This document shows, in pieces, positions 1-11,706 of a DNA stretch of 64,000 nucleotides. Source of the stretch: Oculina patagonica. Lineage: Eukaryota. Location of the stretch: contig NC_135771.1 in NCBI RefSeq assembly GCF_052425735.1, positions 5,022,001 through 5,086,000 of the forward strand, given 5' to 3'. The notes under the pieces were generated by a model. It was given only the letters and a program-made list of their open reading frames with translations. It searched no databases and was not told where the DNA came from. The position numbers and the translations under genes are program-made. How positions within the stretch are numbered: the stretch's first letter is position 1; each line of letters begins with the position of its first letter.

Positions 1-92
1 ATTTCCTTCCATGGTGCACTAGACCCCCCCCCCCCCCCCCCTCCCCTCCGCCAAAATATAATAACACAGCTCGATTAAGGCAGGAGAATTAC

Positions 93-1011
93 CTTGCGAA
101 CTCCTCTCCGTGCGTATCTGAACACCCGGCTGTAACAATACCGCATAGCATATCCGGTCTTCGTACCACCCCTGGGGTATCTTATACGGTTGATAGCATT
201 CAGAATCTGACGCTTCCGACGATACCGTCTGAAGTCGAAGATAAGCCGAGGTCTGGACGAGTACAAGACGATTCCGACTCGGGTTTGTCCGTTGTTGATT
301 CTAAACCGGCTGACAATCGCTCTCACGAAGTTAAGGCATCGTCGGAAGTTTCCTTTGCCATAAGCCTCAATACTTCCTGAACCATCGATGACGAAAGATA
401 TGTCGACCCGGGCACTGCACGCTAGGTGTATAAGCAAAAGAAAGAGCGGGTTATTTACCGCAGATATATATGTGATAAGCGGAACGCTCAAAAACGTTTT
501 AAAAAAGCCATATTATAAATAGTTACAAAGGCTATACTAACGCTACCTTGTTGTTGGTCTAGTGTATATAAATGTTACCGTTAGATTAAACGGGCCGCTC
601 TGCGCTAGCTAAATGAATTATACAAGGTTTTCGTTCATAATCCATCTCAATCTTTCTCTGGCCTGCGTAGCAGGCGCCGTAGTTTCGAGCGCGCGTATGG
701 GAAACGCGAAAGGCGCGAGGGGGCCTCGCGCGGCCTTCTCGCGATCGCGCACTCTTTTAAACTCGCTAAAAACGTAAACAGACGCCTGCTACGCAGGCTA
801 ATCTTTCTCAATCTTAGCCATCCTTGTTCTTGTTGGGTTTCTTATCACCAGTTTCGACTAAGAAGTTATATCAAACACTAGAGAAAGGAGACAGACTGTT
901 TCATTACATTTTCAAGCACGCTAAAAACCCTCCGCTGCGCGTCGTTATTTCATCTCTATTCTCGGTGTTTTAAAAGGTGATGACACACTCTCTCTCGTGT
1001 TACAGAAACTT

Positions 1012-1047
<36 letters not shown>

Positions 1048-1054
1048 TGAGCAA

Positions 1055-1090
<36 letters not shown>

Positions 1091-4000
1091 ATAGAATCTA
1101 ATTGTTTTAGTAGAAACTCTAAAGGATTGCAGTCCGAAACTTACAGTATTTGTGTACTTTGAAGACAAAAATCAAGAAAAATCACCGCTTAAAGAGCTAC
1201 GCGCGTGCGACTGTTTTCTATCGGCGAATAGAAAACAGTGGGAGAACCAATCAGATTCGCGGATTTCAAATAGAACACAGCTGAGTTTCTACTAATCTAA
1301 TATAAAAGATGATCACATAGGCCCTGGGACGTGAAAGTTTCGTGATTCGTGCAAATCTTCGGCATTCTTTCGAGTAAAGTAGCGCTTTCGGCCTTGATAA
1401 AAGCCCCCGGGGGTACTCCCTATGGTGGCCTATACAAGGAGGCGCCGCCCGAACGGGGTGCCTTTTTTATGGTTCAGATATATAAAAGGGTAGAAATTTC
1501 ACAAGTTTAGGAAAATGAAAGGGTAGGTAAATCTGTCATTTAGGTATTTTAAGAGCCTTTGGTTAAAATGTTTCGAACAGACGCACCTTATGGCTGTATC
1601 ACTTTAATTTCTTAAACGTTCCATAGAAATGACAATTCCTGGTTTAGGTAGATGTCATGTCATTTAGGTATGTGAAAGGGGTACCTTTTATCAAAAATAG
1701 GTATACGAAAGGGGTGCCTTTTCTGTCAAAATTGTATATAAAAGGGTAAGGGGTTATACCTCGGGGGAGGGCCTCTCCGTATAAAACTTTTTCGAGTGGC
1801 CCGCCCGGGATAAAAGCCTGACGCTCGAAAAGTCAACCGTGAAAATATATTTCTGGCGGTTATATTAATTTGCCATGCCAACTTGTCTTTACTGAAGCTA
1901 AAACAATTGAAACCTTACCTCGCGGTCGTGGAACTGACCTTCCTAAAAGCGAGAGAAATAAAACAAATCAAATGATAGCCAAACCCAAGGCCTCGACAAT
2001 AGTAACTCTGTAATAAATAGCCACTAATTGCTTACGTTTAGATATTAAGCCAAATATTTTTTCTGGTAACCAAAAAAAGCAGTAAACTCTTTCATTTAAA
2101 CACTTTTAAGGAGGCTCGATGTAGTTTTTTTTAGCCGAAGGGTGATTGTTTTGAAAATAAAAATTATCTAGGAAGCCAATGTTCGATTTTTGCCAAAATA
2201 CACCATAATGATCAAATATGACCAATTTTTATTTTTTACCCGTCACTTAGTCACAAAGGTTACCATAGCAACGATTGACGTTTTCTTTTGTTCTCAAACA
2301 AGCTTGATTTTCTCGAAATCCAGATTAACTCCTGTTGTTTATTTTTTGATATGTTAAAGTTTAGTAAATCGACTAACTGTTGACGAAATTTTAAAAAAAT
2401 CTGTAAGAGCGTTTTCAAGTAAATCAAGAATGAAATTTTCAGAAAAACACCGTTTTAATATAAAATAGGCGCTTTAAAATTGTTTCGTATTATTTGAGCA
2501 CAGTTACTCTCACTAAAATATAAATACTTACACCATCACAGATCATTAACTTAAAGCGAAAGAGTTTTTGCTTTAATTTGTTAAAATATATCGCCTGCCG
2601 ATTGTAGGAAATTATAAGAAAATACCAAAAACTTCATTCTTGATTTACTCTAAAACGCTCTTACAGATTTTCCTTATACTTGAACATATCCAAAAATAAA
2701 CACCAAGAGTCAATCTAGATTTCGAGAAAATCAAGCTTGTTTGGGAACAAAAGAAAACGTCAATGGTTGCTATGGTAACCTTTGTAAAAAATGACGGGTA
2801 AAAAAATAAAATTTGGTCATATTTGATCATTATGGTGTATTTTGGCAAAAAATAAACATTGGCTTCCTAGATAATTTTAATTTTCTAAACAACCACCCTT
2901 TGGCTAAAAAGCTACATCGAGCCTCCTTAACAACAACCACAGTTGTAATTACTACATACAGTTAAAGTCCAGTCATCGACAGTCTTAAAAAAATGTTGTT
3001 TTAGTAAGAATTTATTTCCAATATCAAGCAGAGAAAAAGGTTCTTATAGATCAGAAAAACAACCGTGCAAGGATTCCCAATTTCAGCTTGTAGCGTCTTA
3101 ATTAAGCAAGTTCTTGTACAAGATATTTTTTTGATTATTTTATAAAGTTTTCCTATAATATCACGAAAATTTTGACTGAGACTTGCACTTATTTGTGATG
3201 AAACTTTTTATAACCTCGTAAAAACTTGATTGGTTTCGGCTTAAAAAAAACGAAGCTCACGACATCAGGGTTCTAGCTGATCTATTTCGTTCAAATTGCC
3301 ACTGGCAAAGCTTAACCGTTTACTCGTCCCAGCGGTAGACTAGTAACGAGTGAAACTTACTTCTCTCTCCCCAGTCCCACTCACGCTTTTACGCTCTCAC
3401 CAGGACGCACACTCCAGCCTCGCGTTTAGCAAGTTATACGGCCTTTGGTTTCTTACTATATACTAAAAGTTTCACGGCCTGTAAAGCCCTTTAAGCAAAG
3501 CAACAAGGGGTTGCTGCTTTGTAGTGGAGACAATGCACTCTTTCAGACGGACATCTCGTCTCAGAGCAGAAGAAAGTATCTATCTAAATTAAAGTAGCGA
3601 AAACTGTGCGAATACAATTTTTGATAAATAACAACTCTTCTAAACCTATCCCGTCAAATCAGATCCAACACAAGTGGCGGATAAGCTAAGAAACCGATAA
3701 AACAGAAAAATTATCCGTCTGAACATTCAATGGTCGCGTTTTGTCACTAGGACCGAGAGCTTTTCACCAGTCTCTAGCGTGAAAATAGCCACTGTTTTTA
3801 CTGTAGACAAAACTCTTAATAAAAATTGCACGCTTAACTTACCATTCGCTTCCCATGACTGGTACCTGATAAAGAACATATAAACATCTATTGTTAGAAA
3901 ATTCAGTGGACGCTCTGTTACTACAAAGCACTAACACGGTTCAAAAAGGACAGCATCAAAACTTTTTTTCAACTTTTACTCCTGTATGTTCGAGTTCAGA

Positions 4001-5523
4001 ATAAAATGAAAAGAAAAGGAAAGAAATTCCAAATTTTTGCAAGCTTCTCGAAAATACAGAAATACTACAGAGTAACAAAAAGACCACATAATAGCTTTCA
4101 TTTGAATTGTCACACACTAGAGTTTCATCCATAGACTCAGTTTAAACGCACGGCTCGCTCGCTTTCACATGAATGGTCACACACTGGGGATTCGACCACA
4201 GACTAAAACGTTAGGTAAAGTATGTATTCTTTGGGAGAGAAATGGTTAACAAATGATGAATTTTTGAGTCCAGTTGCAACTTTCGAAGCGATGAAAAGGG
4301 GCAACATGCATGAAACAAGACAATAAATTAATACTACAAAACTGTTTAGTTAGTGATGCACAGTTTTAATTCATGGAGCAAAAGTTTGCCTCTCAGAAAC
4401 AAACCTGACTTCGATTCACAATGCCTAATAAATGCCTAATAAAAGCCAGTGCGAAAGAAAGTTTTTCATTTTTACTTTGCACTTTTTACATGGTACATCA
4501 TTAAACAAAGGTTGTAAGATCAGGGTTGTTTTGCAATTACGCCACAATTTAAACAAATTTTCCCGTTAATATTTACAAACTTGCAAAGGTAAAACCTGTT
4601 AAATACAAGCTATCTTCTCAAAGCAAATAAAGGTATATTGTCTTTATTAACTTATCGAGTATTTAACAACGGCCTACCATCTTCTTATTAAACCCAATAG
4701 TTCTTCTAACAAAGGAACTGATTTTGGCTTAATCCGAGTTTTTTGTTGTCTTATAAACTCTTTAATCTTAGTTTAAAGTTACGCAACGATAAAAGCCGTT
4801 ACCAGTTAATCTATAAATCAATGAATAATATATACGAACGAACAATAGAGGGAAGTTCGCCGGGAACGAAAAGCGAGAACCCATTTACACCATTTTCAAC
4901 GTAGCAAACGAGCTTTTGATTGGGTCAAAAGAGACGGCTCTCGTGTAGTAATAAACGATTTATGTTTCCAAAACTAACGCTTTGGTAGTTAAGTTGGCAG
5001 CGTATTGTATCGATCGGAACGCAATGAGCAAGGATCGTAGCGAGCTTCCAAGATCCTTTTAAGACTTAGTGGACTTTCCTTGGGTTTTCTTTGCAACAAT
5101 GAATTGGTTCAACTTTACTAGTTATGTTCAATTTACACTAGAAAATTAGCAAACGCTTTGAAGGACAGCTCTTTGTACGATTCTAAAGACAACAATTCCA
5201 GTAGAAGTTTGAATTAAAAATTGCTACAAATGAGAATATCGTATTACAGAGTTTTGAAGCATTGCTTTTTTAAAATTAAAATTGAAGTTTTTGAAACCTG
5301 TGTATAGAGAGAACTTTGCCATTTTGCTACCTTTTTAAGATGTTTTGAACCAAGAAACGATACAAAGATATTATCAACAAATCGGAAAATGGAAGTTTTC
5401 CTTATCAAATTCTAAGAATTATTATACCAAATTGTAGACAATATAATGATAAAGAATAGAAGAAAGGCATACTTACAATTGAAGAATAAATATCGAGAAA
5501 GCTAGCGTTCGTATCCAACCCAT
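93..5523 (-). CDS. Secreted von Willebrand factor A domain protein (collagen VI/matrilin-like vWA), 5' part; exons 5477-5523, 3843-3865, 1919-1942, 93-421, continues beyond the left edge
   Basis: All junctions are GT-AG with matching phases (2,1,1,0). Joined peptide MGWIRTLAFSIFILQLYQSWEANG-RSVPRPR-ACSARVDISFVIDGSGSI...RYPRGGTKTG gives a signal peptide plus a vWA domain with MIDAS DGSGS and the GGTxTG motif. Confidence 0.85.
659..800. mobile_element. Small MITE with 9-bp TSD
   Basis: TIRs (T)GGCCTGCGTAGCAGGCG...CGCCTGCTACGCAGGCTA; flanking direct repeat ATCTTTCTC at 650-658 and 801-809. Confidence 0.85.
865..1300. repeat. Two adjacent interspersed repeats with internal hairpins (possibly non-autonomous Crypton-like)
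   Basis: Internal palindrome TAGTCAACGAGGCGCAGCCGAGTTGACTA (~1056-1084) inside a longer imperfect IR. Family assignment is from recall of anthozoan repeats only. Confidence 0.45.
1406..1809. mobile_element. MITE with CCCGGG termini and 9-bp TSD
   Basis: Starts CCCGGGGGTACTC and ends GAGTGGCCCGCCCGGG; TSD ATAAAAGCC at 1397-1405 and 1810-1818; internal repeated AAAGGGGT/AAAAGGGTA motifs. Confidence 0.8.
2110..2926. mobile_element. Kolobok-like MITE family A, copy 1 (in vWA intron 2)
   Basis: TTAA|GGAGGCTCGATGTAG...CTACATCGAGCCTCC|TTAA with ~300-bp imperfect TIRs. TTAA TSD with purine termini fits Kolobok rather than piggyBac. Confidence 0.9.
4080..4215 (+). repeat. ~105-bp dispersed minisatellite family (ATAGCTTTCATTTGAATGGTCACACACTAG...); other copies at ~13530-13750 and ~23730-23945
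   Basis: The same core motif recurs at about 4091, 4161, 13720, 23755 and 23859 as degenerate tandem units. Confidence 0.7.
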
Positions 5524-7208
5524 CGCTTAATCAAAGACGATCTCGCGGACACGACATTTTCAAACTGGTGAAACACACCACGAAACTGAGCCTACCGGCT
5601 AAGTAATAATCTTAAAGAAAAAAACAATGTTAATAAATTACTTCACGCGTTCGACCAGATTTGTTTTACAAACAAACGGGCAAAATTTCAGCTTTGATGC
5701 AATGTATTGAGCCCGTGAAACTTCACTTGGAGTAACTGAAAAAATTGAGCAATAAAAAAAGATGGCGCGCGACCTTTTAGCACATCGTAGATCAAGTTTG
5801 TGCTAGCGCTTTTTTTGCAAAGACGATTTTTTTTATTGTAAAACATAGTTTGTTTTATTTAAAAATAAACTAAAAGGTGGTGGGGCGGGGGAGGGGAGGG
5901 GACGATATAACAATACGTTTCTGTGCAGCTCCGAGTCAAGGTGTTTCAGGGGCTCGAATGATGAGATTTAATTGATTTTGATTTCACGAATGTGATTAGA
6001 ACACGTGAAAATGTGTGATCGTTTTAATTAACTTGCCCTAAGAGCAAAATCTCTCTAAGTGTCACTCTCCCGACTCGTGGAATAAAAATGCAATCTGAAG
6101 AATGTTTATTCCTTGCCTTAATTCGAATTTCTTCTAATTTTCTCGCCAGCATTCATAAAGAAACACGCCTTTAGATTTTAAAAGAGATTTACGCGTTAAT
6201 TTTCAATGCTACCCAGTCTTCTCAGCAAGGCGCAGGCGCATGTACTGGGAACGAGATCGCGTGCGTGCTCAATTTGGCGGGAAAGTGGAAGCCGTCGTCT
6301 TGTCTTGTTGAATTCTTTTTCGACTTTGCGAAAATTTTTGATGGTAAGCTTTTTACTTTTTTATTTCCCAAGAGAATATGACGAGCTCTCCTCTCTTCTG
6401 TTCATAAAGTGGCACATTTACTCTAAAGAACAATATCATTTCTTTAATTATAAAGTTATTTTACAGTTTTACAGCCGTGGAGTAAATTTGTACGACATGC
6501 AAGCTAAAAAGTAGAAAGCAAGAAGCCATTAAAACGAGAACGGAAGAGGGAACACTACAATAATCGGAACAACAACTTCTTAGCCACACTGAGTTGGCGT
6601 AAGTTTGTATATTTAATCGATATATACGCGCTTAACTAGCGAATTTATATAAGAACTTGCCAGTACATTTGTGTACAGTGTAACATTAAAACATTTTGTT
6701 TTTTTTTATTTGATGTTTTTCGCAGAAGAGAACTAATACGGTCTTGTATCTACACATTACAACTCTTCTAATTATTTTTCATTGGAGAATCTGGGCGAAT
6801 TTTATTAACAGTAGCGTTGTCACGGGCAAGGAAAAAATTATGCAGCGGACAAAACATTTTTTATAGGTCAGGGAAAAATGAGCGGATTCGGTGTCTAGTC
6901 AAGGAAATTTTCTGTTCAGTTCTAAACTGACAAATTTTGCTAACGAGTGTTGTTGATAACGACCTTCTGTTATGGTCAATGAAAATTGATTTCTGCAAAA
7001 CAAGTTGAAGCAGTTTCATAGCGTAGATTCGCTACTTTTTTGTTTCGCTACTTTTTTTTGTTTCACCTTGATAAATCTAAATTAGTACAGCGATAATACC
7101 TTTAAAGTCATATTCAAAAGCGCTTTGCATGATTGTTAAATACAAACTATATGTGGTATAAAGGGCGTAAGATTAGAATACTATGTATAGAATGTTTTCC
7201 TGCTTTAA

Positions 7209-8057
7209 GGAGGCTCGATGTAGTTTTTTTAGCCGAAGGGTGGTTGTTTTGAAAATTAAAATTATCTAGGAAGCCAATGTTCGATTTTTGCCAAAATACA
7301 CCATAATGATCAAATATGACCAAATTTTAATTTTGTACTCGTCACTTTGTCACAAAGGTTACCATAGCAACCATTGGCGTTTTCTTTTGTTCTCAAACAA
7401 GCTTGGTTTTCTCGAAATCTAGACTGACACTTGGTATTCATTTTTTGATATGTTCAAGTACAGTAGATTTACTACCTGTGCTCAAAATTTTAGGAAAATC
7501 TGTAAGAGCGTTTTAGAGTAAATCAAGAATGAAGTTTTTGGTATTTTCTTATAATTTCTTACAATCGGCAGTCGATATATTTTAACAAATTAAAGCAAAA
7601 AGTCTTTCGCTTTTAGTTAATAGTCTTTGATGGTGTAAGTATTTATATTTCAGTGAGAGAAACTGTGCTCAAATAATACGAAACAATTTTAAGGCGCCTA
7701 TTTTATATTAAAACGGTGTTTTTCTGAAAATTTCATTCTTGATTTACTTGAAAACGCTCTTACAGATTTTTCTAAAATTTCGTCAACAGTTAGTCAATCT
7801 ACTAAACTTTAACATATCAAAAAATAAACACCAAGTGTCAGTCTAGATTTCGAGAAAATCAAGCTTGTTTGAGAACAAAAGAAAACGTCAATCGTTGCTA
7901 TGGTAACCGTTGTGACTAAGTGACGGGTAAAAAATTAAAATTTGATCACATTTGATCATTATGGTGTATTTTGACAAAAATCGAACATTGGCTTCCTAGG
8001 TAATTTTAATTTTCAAAACAACCACCCTTAGTCTAAAAAAAACTACATCGAGCCTCC
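7209..8057. mobile_element. Kolobok-like MITE family A, copy 2 (inverted relative to copy 1)
   Basis: Same TTAA|GGAGGCTC...GAGCCTCC|TTAA ends; the unique internal segment is the reverse complement of that in 2110-2926. Confidence 0.9.
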
Positions 8058-8095
8058 TTAAAACGGACAACTGGGCTTGGATCAACAGCACCACG

Positions 8096-8320
8096 ATGTA
8101 TACAGTTTCAAATGTCGGCAATATCAATCGAGCACCAGAGAATATCAAGCCAACACGAGTAGAAGATCTAAGCTTTATAATGCAAAGAGAAAAAAGAATT
8201 GAATGCTCAGCTCTTTCCAAAATTAATCCAGCTTATGACCCGCTGGTACGGGACACATATTGGTTTGGGCGGCGAAAAATAAAAGAACACGATTTTCTCA
8301 AAATGAAAAAAAAAGACTGA
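8096..8320 (+). CDS. Candidate small protein (74 aa; 94 aa from ATG 7183 if the MITE is removed), unknown function
   Basis: ACCACGATG start context and protein-like composition (INPAYDPLVRDTYWFG). Upstream promoter-like motifs and splice-like sites at 6230-6730. No homolog recognised. Confidence 0.3.
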   Translation: MYTVSNVGNINRAPENIKPTRVEDLSFIMQREKRIECSALSKINPAYDPLVRDTYWFGRRKIKEHDFLKMKKKD

Positions 8321-11031
8321 AGAATTGTCTCTGATGAAGATAGTAGATAAACGCCAACGACCTTAATTTTACTAATTAAAGACGGTTTACTTAAAATGTC
8401 TGGAGTCTAAAGCACGCGTCCCGTGTCTATACTGAACGGCTTTAATGTCTGAGACGACATAGTATGAAATAACTTCTGATATAATATAAGTGCGTCGTTG
8501 GGACGCACTAATACTGAGACGAAGACAGATATGTCTGGCGATAAAATTGTCTGCTTTATTTCTCGTCTTGTAGGCTAGAGGTTCTATAATTCTTTTAGAT
8601 GATCCAACATCTAAGTGGTCTCGAATATAACTGATCGATATTGATAAGGCTCTCCTGTTCCCTTGCTAGCTGTGTGATAGCATTTGCAAATTTCCCGGCC
8701 AAGCTCGGTACTGTTTGAAATCTTAACTGATATTACTAGGTTCCGTGGGATAACCTGTTCTAAACTCAGCAGTCTAAAACAAAAACACTGATTATAATAA
8801 ACACCTGCGCAAAGTCGATGTATTCGTAAACTTGTGCACCTCTTCCTTCCCTCCAATGCTGAAGGGAAGGGAAGGGATGGGAGGAGGAAAGAAAGTATTC
8901 CTAAATTTTGATTTGGATTGTAGACCTTTAAAAGTAGTATAATTTCCTGAAAAGCATTTTGTAAGCTTCATGTACAGCTTAAGTTTACATGTTAATGTGC
9001 AGCTGATATCAGGATGAATTATTATGCCACTAAATTCTGTAAACTAAGTCATGTAAGTTCATTTGAGAAAAGACAATGATATGTAAAGAGCTTTAAGTCA
9101 TTCATTTTCTTACAGGCTTTTGTGATCATCTTGTTCTTCGACTGTAAACTGCAAACAAGTTGTTATTTTGGTAATGATCTAGGCGGTGGCTTGTGACTCT
9201 GAAGCTACACGACCTGGGCATAGCAGACGGTCGGACATTTATAAGCTTACAGGGCGTCCAAAATCTAACGATGCCGGCGTTTTTCTTGGCTGTCAGTGGA
9301 TATTTGTAATCAACTGCGGAGTTCTTTTATGACAAATTGTTTTAATCGATCAGATAACTGAGACTTTCGTAGCCTACAAGAAATTCCTACTTAACTTTAT
9401 CTCAGATCGTCGAGGAGAAAAACGAGAGAAAATTGGGCGCGAAAAACAGGTACAGAGCGGAACTGAATAATTACGCGCAAAAATTGACGTCGACCTTCGC
9501 GATCTTCTTTCCTGACTCGTGAGAAAATTCATTCGGTTATTTCTAAAATGTTTTGATTCTGACACGTTTTGTCAACAAGATAAATCGGCTCTCCCTTAAC
9601 GGGATCGAGACCTCCAATTAGCGTCAACAAACAATCCGCTAAAAAGGTCGCAATTTTTGATTAGTTAGAATCGGTCAAAATTGGTCTACACCGAGGTGTT
9701 ACTTTAGAAACTGAGCCGGAATGACGTATTGGCATGTCAACATACTGAAAAACGTGCAGTAAAATGCTATTTTTAGAAGCCTAAGGGATTTTGTCCAGAA
9801 AGAGAGCTTTCCTTTTACGTAGATAAATGTTTTCTTAAATAAGCCGAAAGGCCGGCATGTCAACATAGGACCAAAATAAGCGCAACAAAAAACTATTTTT
9901 AGAAGAGATTTTGTCCATAAGATTTCTCCGAGAAGTAGGATCTAAAACATCCTATTTAATAGAGGTTCCTTTGTTTTCCTAACGAGTAATAAGCACTTGT
10001 ATCAAGATGTCTGAACTCAGCAGATGACGGTATCTACTTTTACATTTCGTTCCAAGTACTTGACTGCAAGTTTGTATAATTTTTGTTAAAATAATACCGT
10101 ACCTTGGCAGAATTATTTACTTTCTCTGTTTATTTTTTAAGATCCGGAATAAACAAACTGACACAACAAAAGGAAAATGCTTCACTTCAATCCACTGTGT
10201 AGCGCAAAATAATCATGACTGTGTTTGCAAGAAGGCAAGTTAATTGCATTCCTAAGAAAGTAATTCGGCTTAATGGAATTGAAATTACATGGGACACAGA
10301 AAGGGCACGACACTGCTCTGCCCTAAAACAAACTCTATGGAAGGTTTATTTGCACTTTTAAGCGAAGTAGAGGCTGGCGAACGAGAAAACAAAGACAAAT
10401 TCAGTCAAACTAGAAGGTACTAAGTAACAACCATTTTGTAATGTTGTTCGTGTGTACCTAAAACAAACACACCAGCACACGAGGCGCCATTAGTATACAC
10501 AAAGGCGACTTCACAGTACAATATAACGCAGCCTGGAGTTCTTTTGTCTCTGGCGCTGGCTTGTAAATCTCTCTTGTAAAGTGATAATGTTGAAGTGACG
10601 TGAATATCAAACAAAAGAGGGGCCGGCCGATTCCTATGTAAAAATGCTAATATCATAATCACTCCCTGAAGGGGTCATTAAGATTAGGCCTCACAGCGCT
10701 AAATGCTGTATTTAGTAGGATTACTACATAGATTAATGTTATCTTGTGACCCTCAAGGTTGGTTGTTCGTCATCTGACGGCACTGGGCACTTGAAGTGTA
10801 TATATTTAGCTCACGATACGTTAAAAGGGATTGCAGCGCGATTAAATTGTCATTCAGTTACAACTTGCGTCGACGGAGCGAAGAACGTGGTTTTTCGATT
10901 CTTCATTCGCGCGCCATAACGAGCTTCAGTCACTTCTGAGAAAATTCGTAACAACAAGGAGCAGGAGAAACACAACGAAACCGTTGTAATCGTTGTTAAA
11001 GTGAATTCGCAAATTTAGCAGAGAATCGAAG

Positions 11032-11706
11032 ATGGAAATTTCCACAAGCGGCTTCCCTGGTGGAAAAAGAAAATACACCGATAGAAGGAAAAAAGAAAAG
11101 CTTCGGAGATGTGGCTCTGCAGGTAGTCTTGCGTTCCCAAACTTATACAATCTTGGCTACCATTATAACAGGCGACACACAACACCCGCAGAACAAGCCG
11201 CTCCTCCAACTATTATCATCGATTGTGTTAAAGACGAACACGACGAACTCGACCAAAATAACAATTACATGTATGACGAAGGCTTTTTGAATCCTTCTTA
11301 TGCGTTAGACGCTGCTGTTGCGAGCAATGACTCTCGTTTGCTTCATGGCATTTTGAGCGCTGGGAACGTCATGCTGGACACTCTAAACGCAAGCGGTGGA
11401 ACGGCCATGCACGAAGCTGCTTTTCAAGGCAAAGTTAGATGTTTGGAAGTGTTTTTGAAGTTCGGTGCTTCCGTAGACATTAGAGACAAAGAAGGATGGA
11501 CGCCTTTACATGCCGCCGTCTGTGGAGGCGATATTAGAGCTGTGATTTTTCTCCTTCGGCATGGAGCGAACTTGCAAGCTTATACCAAAGACGGACTTAA
11601 ACCTGTAGAGATCGCAATGGACAACAAGGACAAAAAGATGGTTCAGGCGCTGTCTCTGCTAACAAAGGGAAACAAGCGCTCTAGAATGTTTACGCAGGAA
11701 GCATGA
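11032..11706 (+). CDS. Intronless ankyrin-repeat protein, PPP1R27/PP1-regulatory-subunit-like (224 aa)
   Basis: Ankyrin repeats SGGTAMHEAAFQG..., EGWTPLHAAVCGG...LLRHGAN and DGLKPVEIA; TATA-like TATATA near 10798; AATAAA near 12813. Confidence 0.85.
   Translation: MEISTSGFPGGKRKYTDRRKKEKLRRCGSAGSLAFPNLYNLGYHYNRRHTTPAEQAAPPTIIIDCVKDEHDELDQNNNYMYDEGFLNPSYALDAAVASNDSRLLHGILSAGNVMLDTLNASGGTAMHEAAFQGKVRCLEVFLKFGASVDIRDKEGWTPLHAAVCGGDIRAVIFLLRHGANLQAYTKDGLKPVEIAMDNKDKKMVQALSLLTKGNKRSRMFTQEA

Noticed and set aside
3361-3478. Extra vWA exon (GTAAGT donor at 3355-3360)
   Set aside because: With the best acceptor I found it has an in-frame TAG in the required phase; flanking exons join without it.
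9731-9920. ~123-bp diverged direct duplication (GGCATGTCAACATA...)
   Set aside because: Real but only two units with no further structure; an ordinary local duplication.
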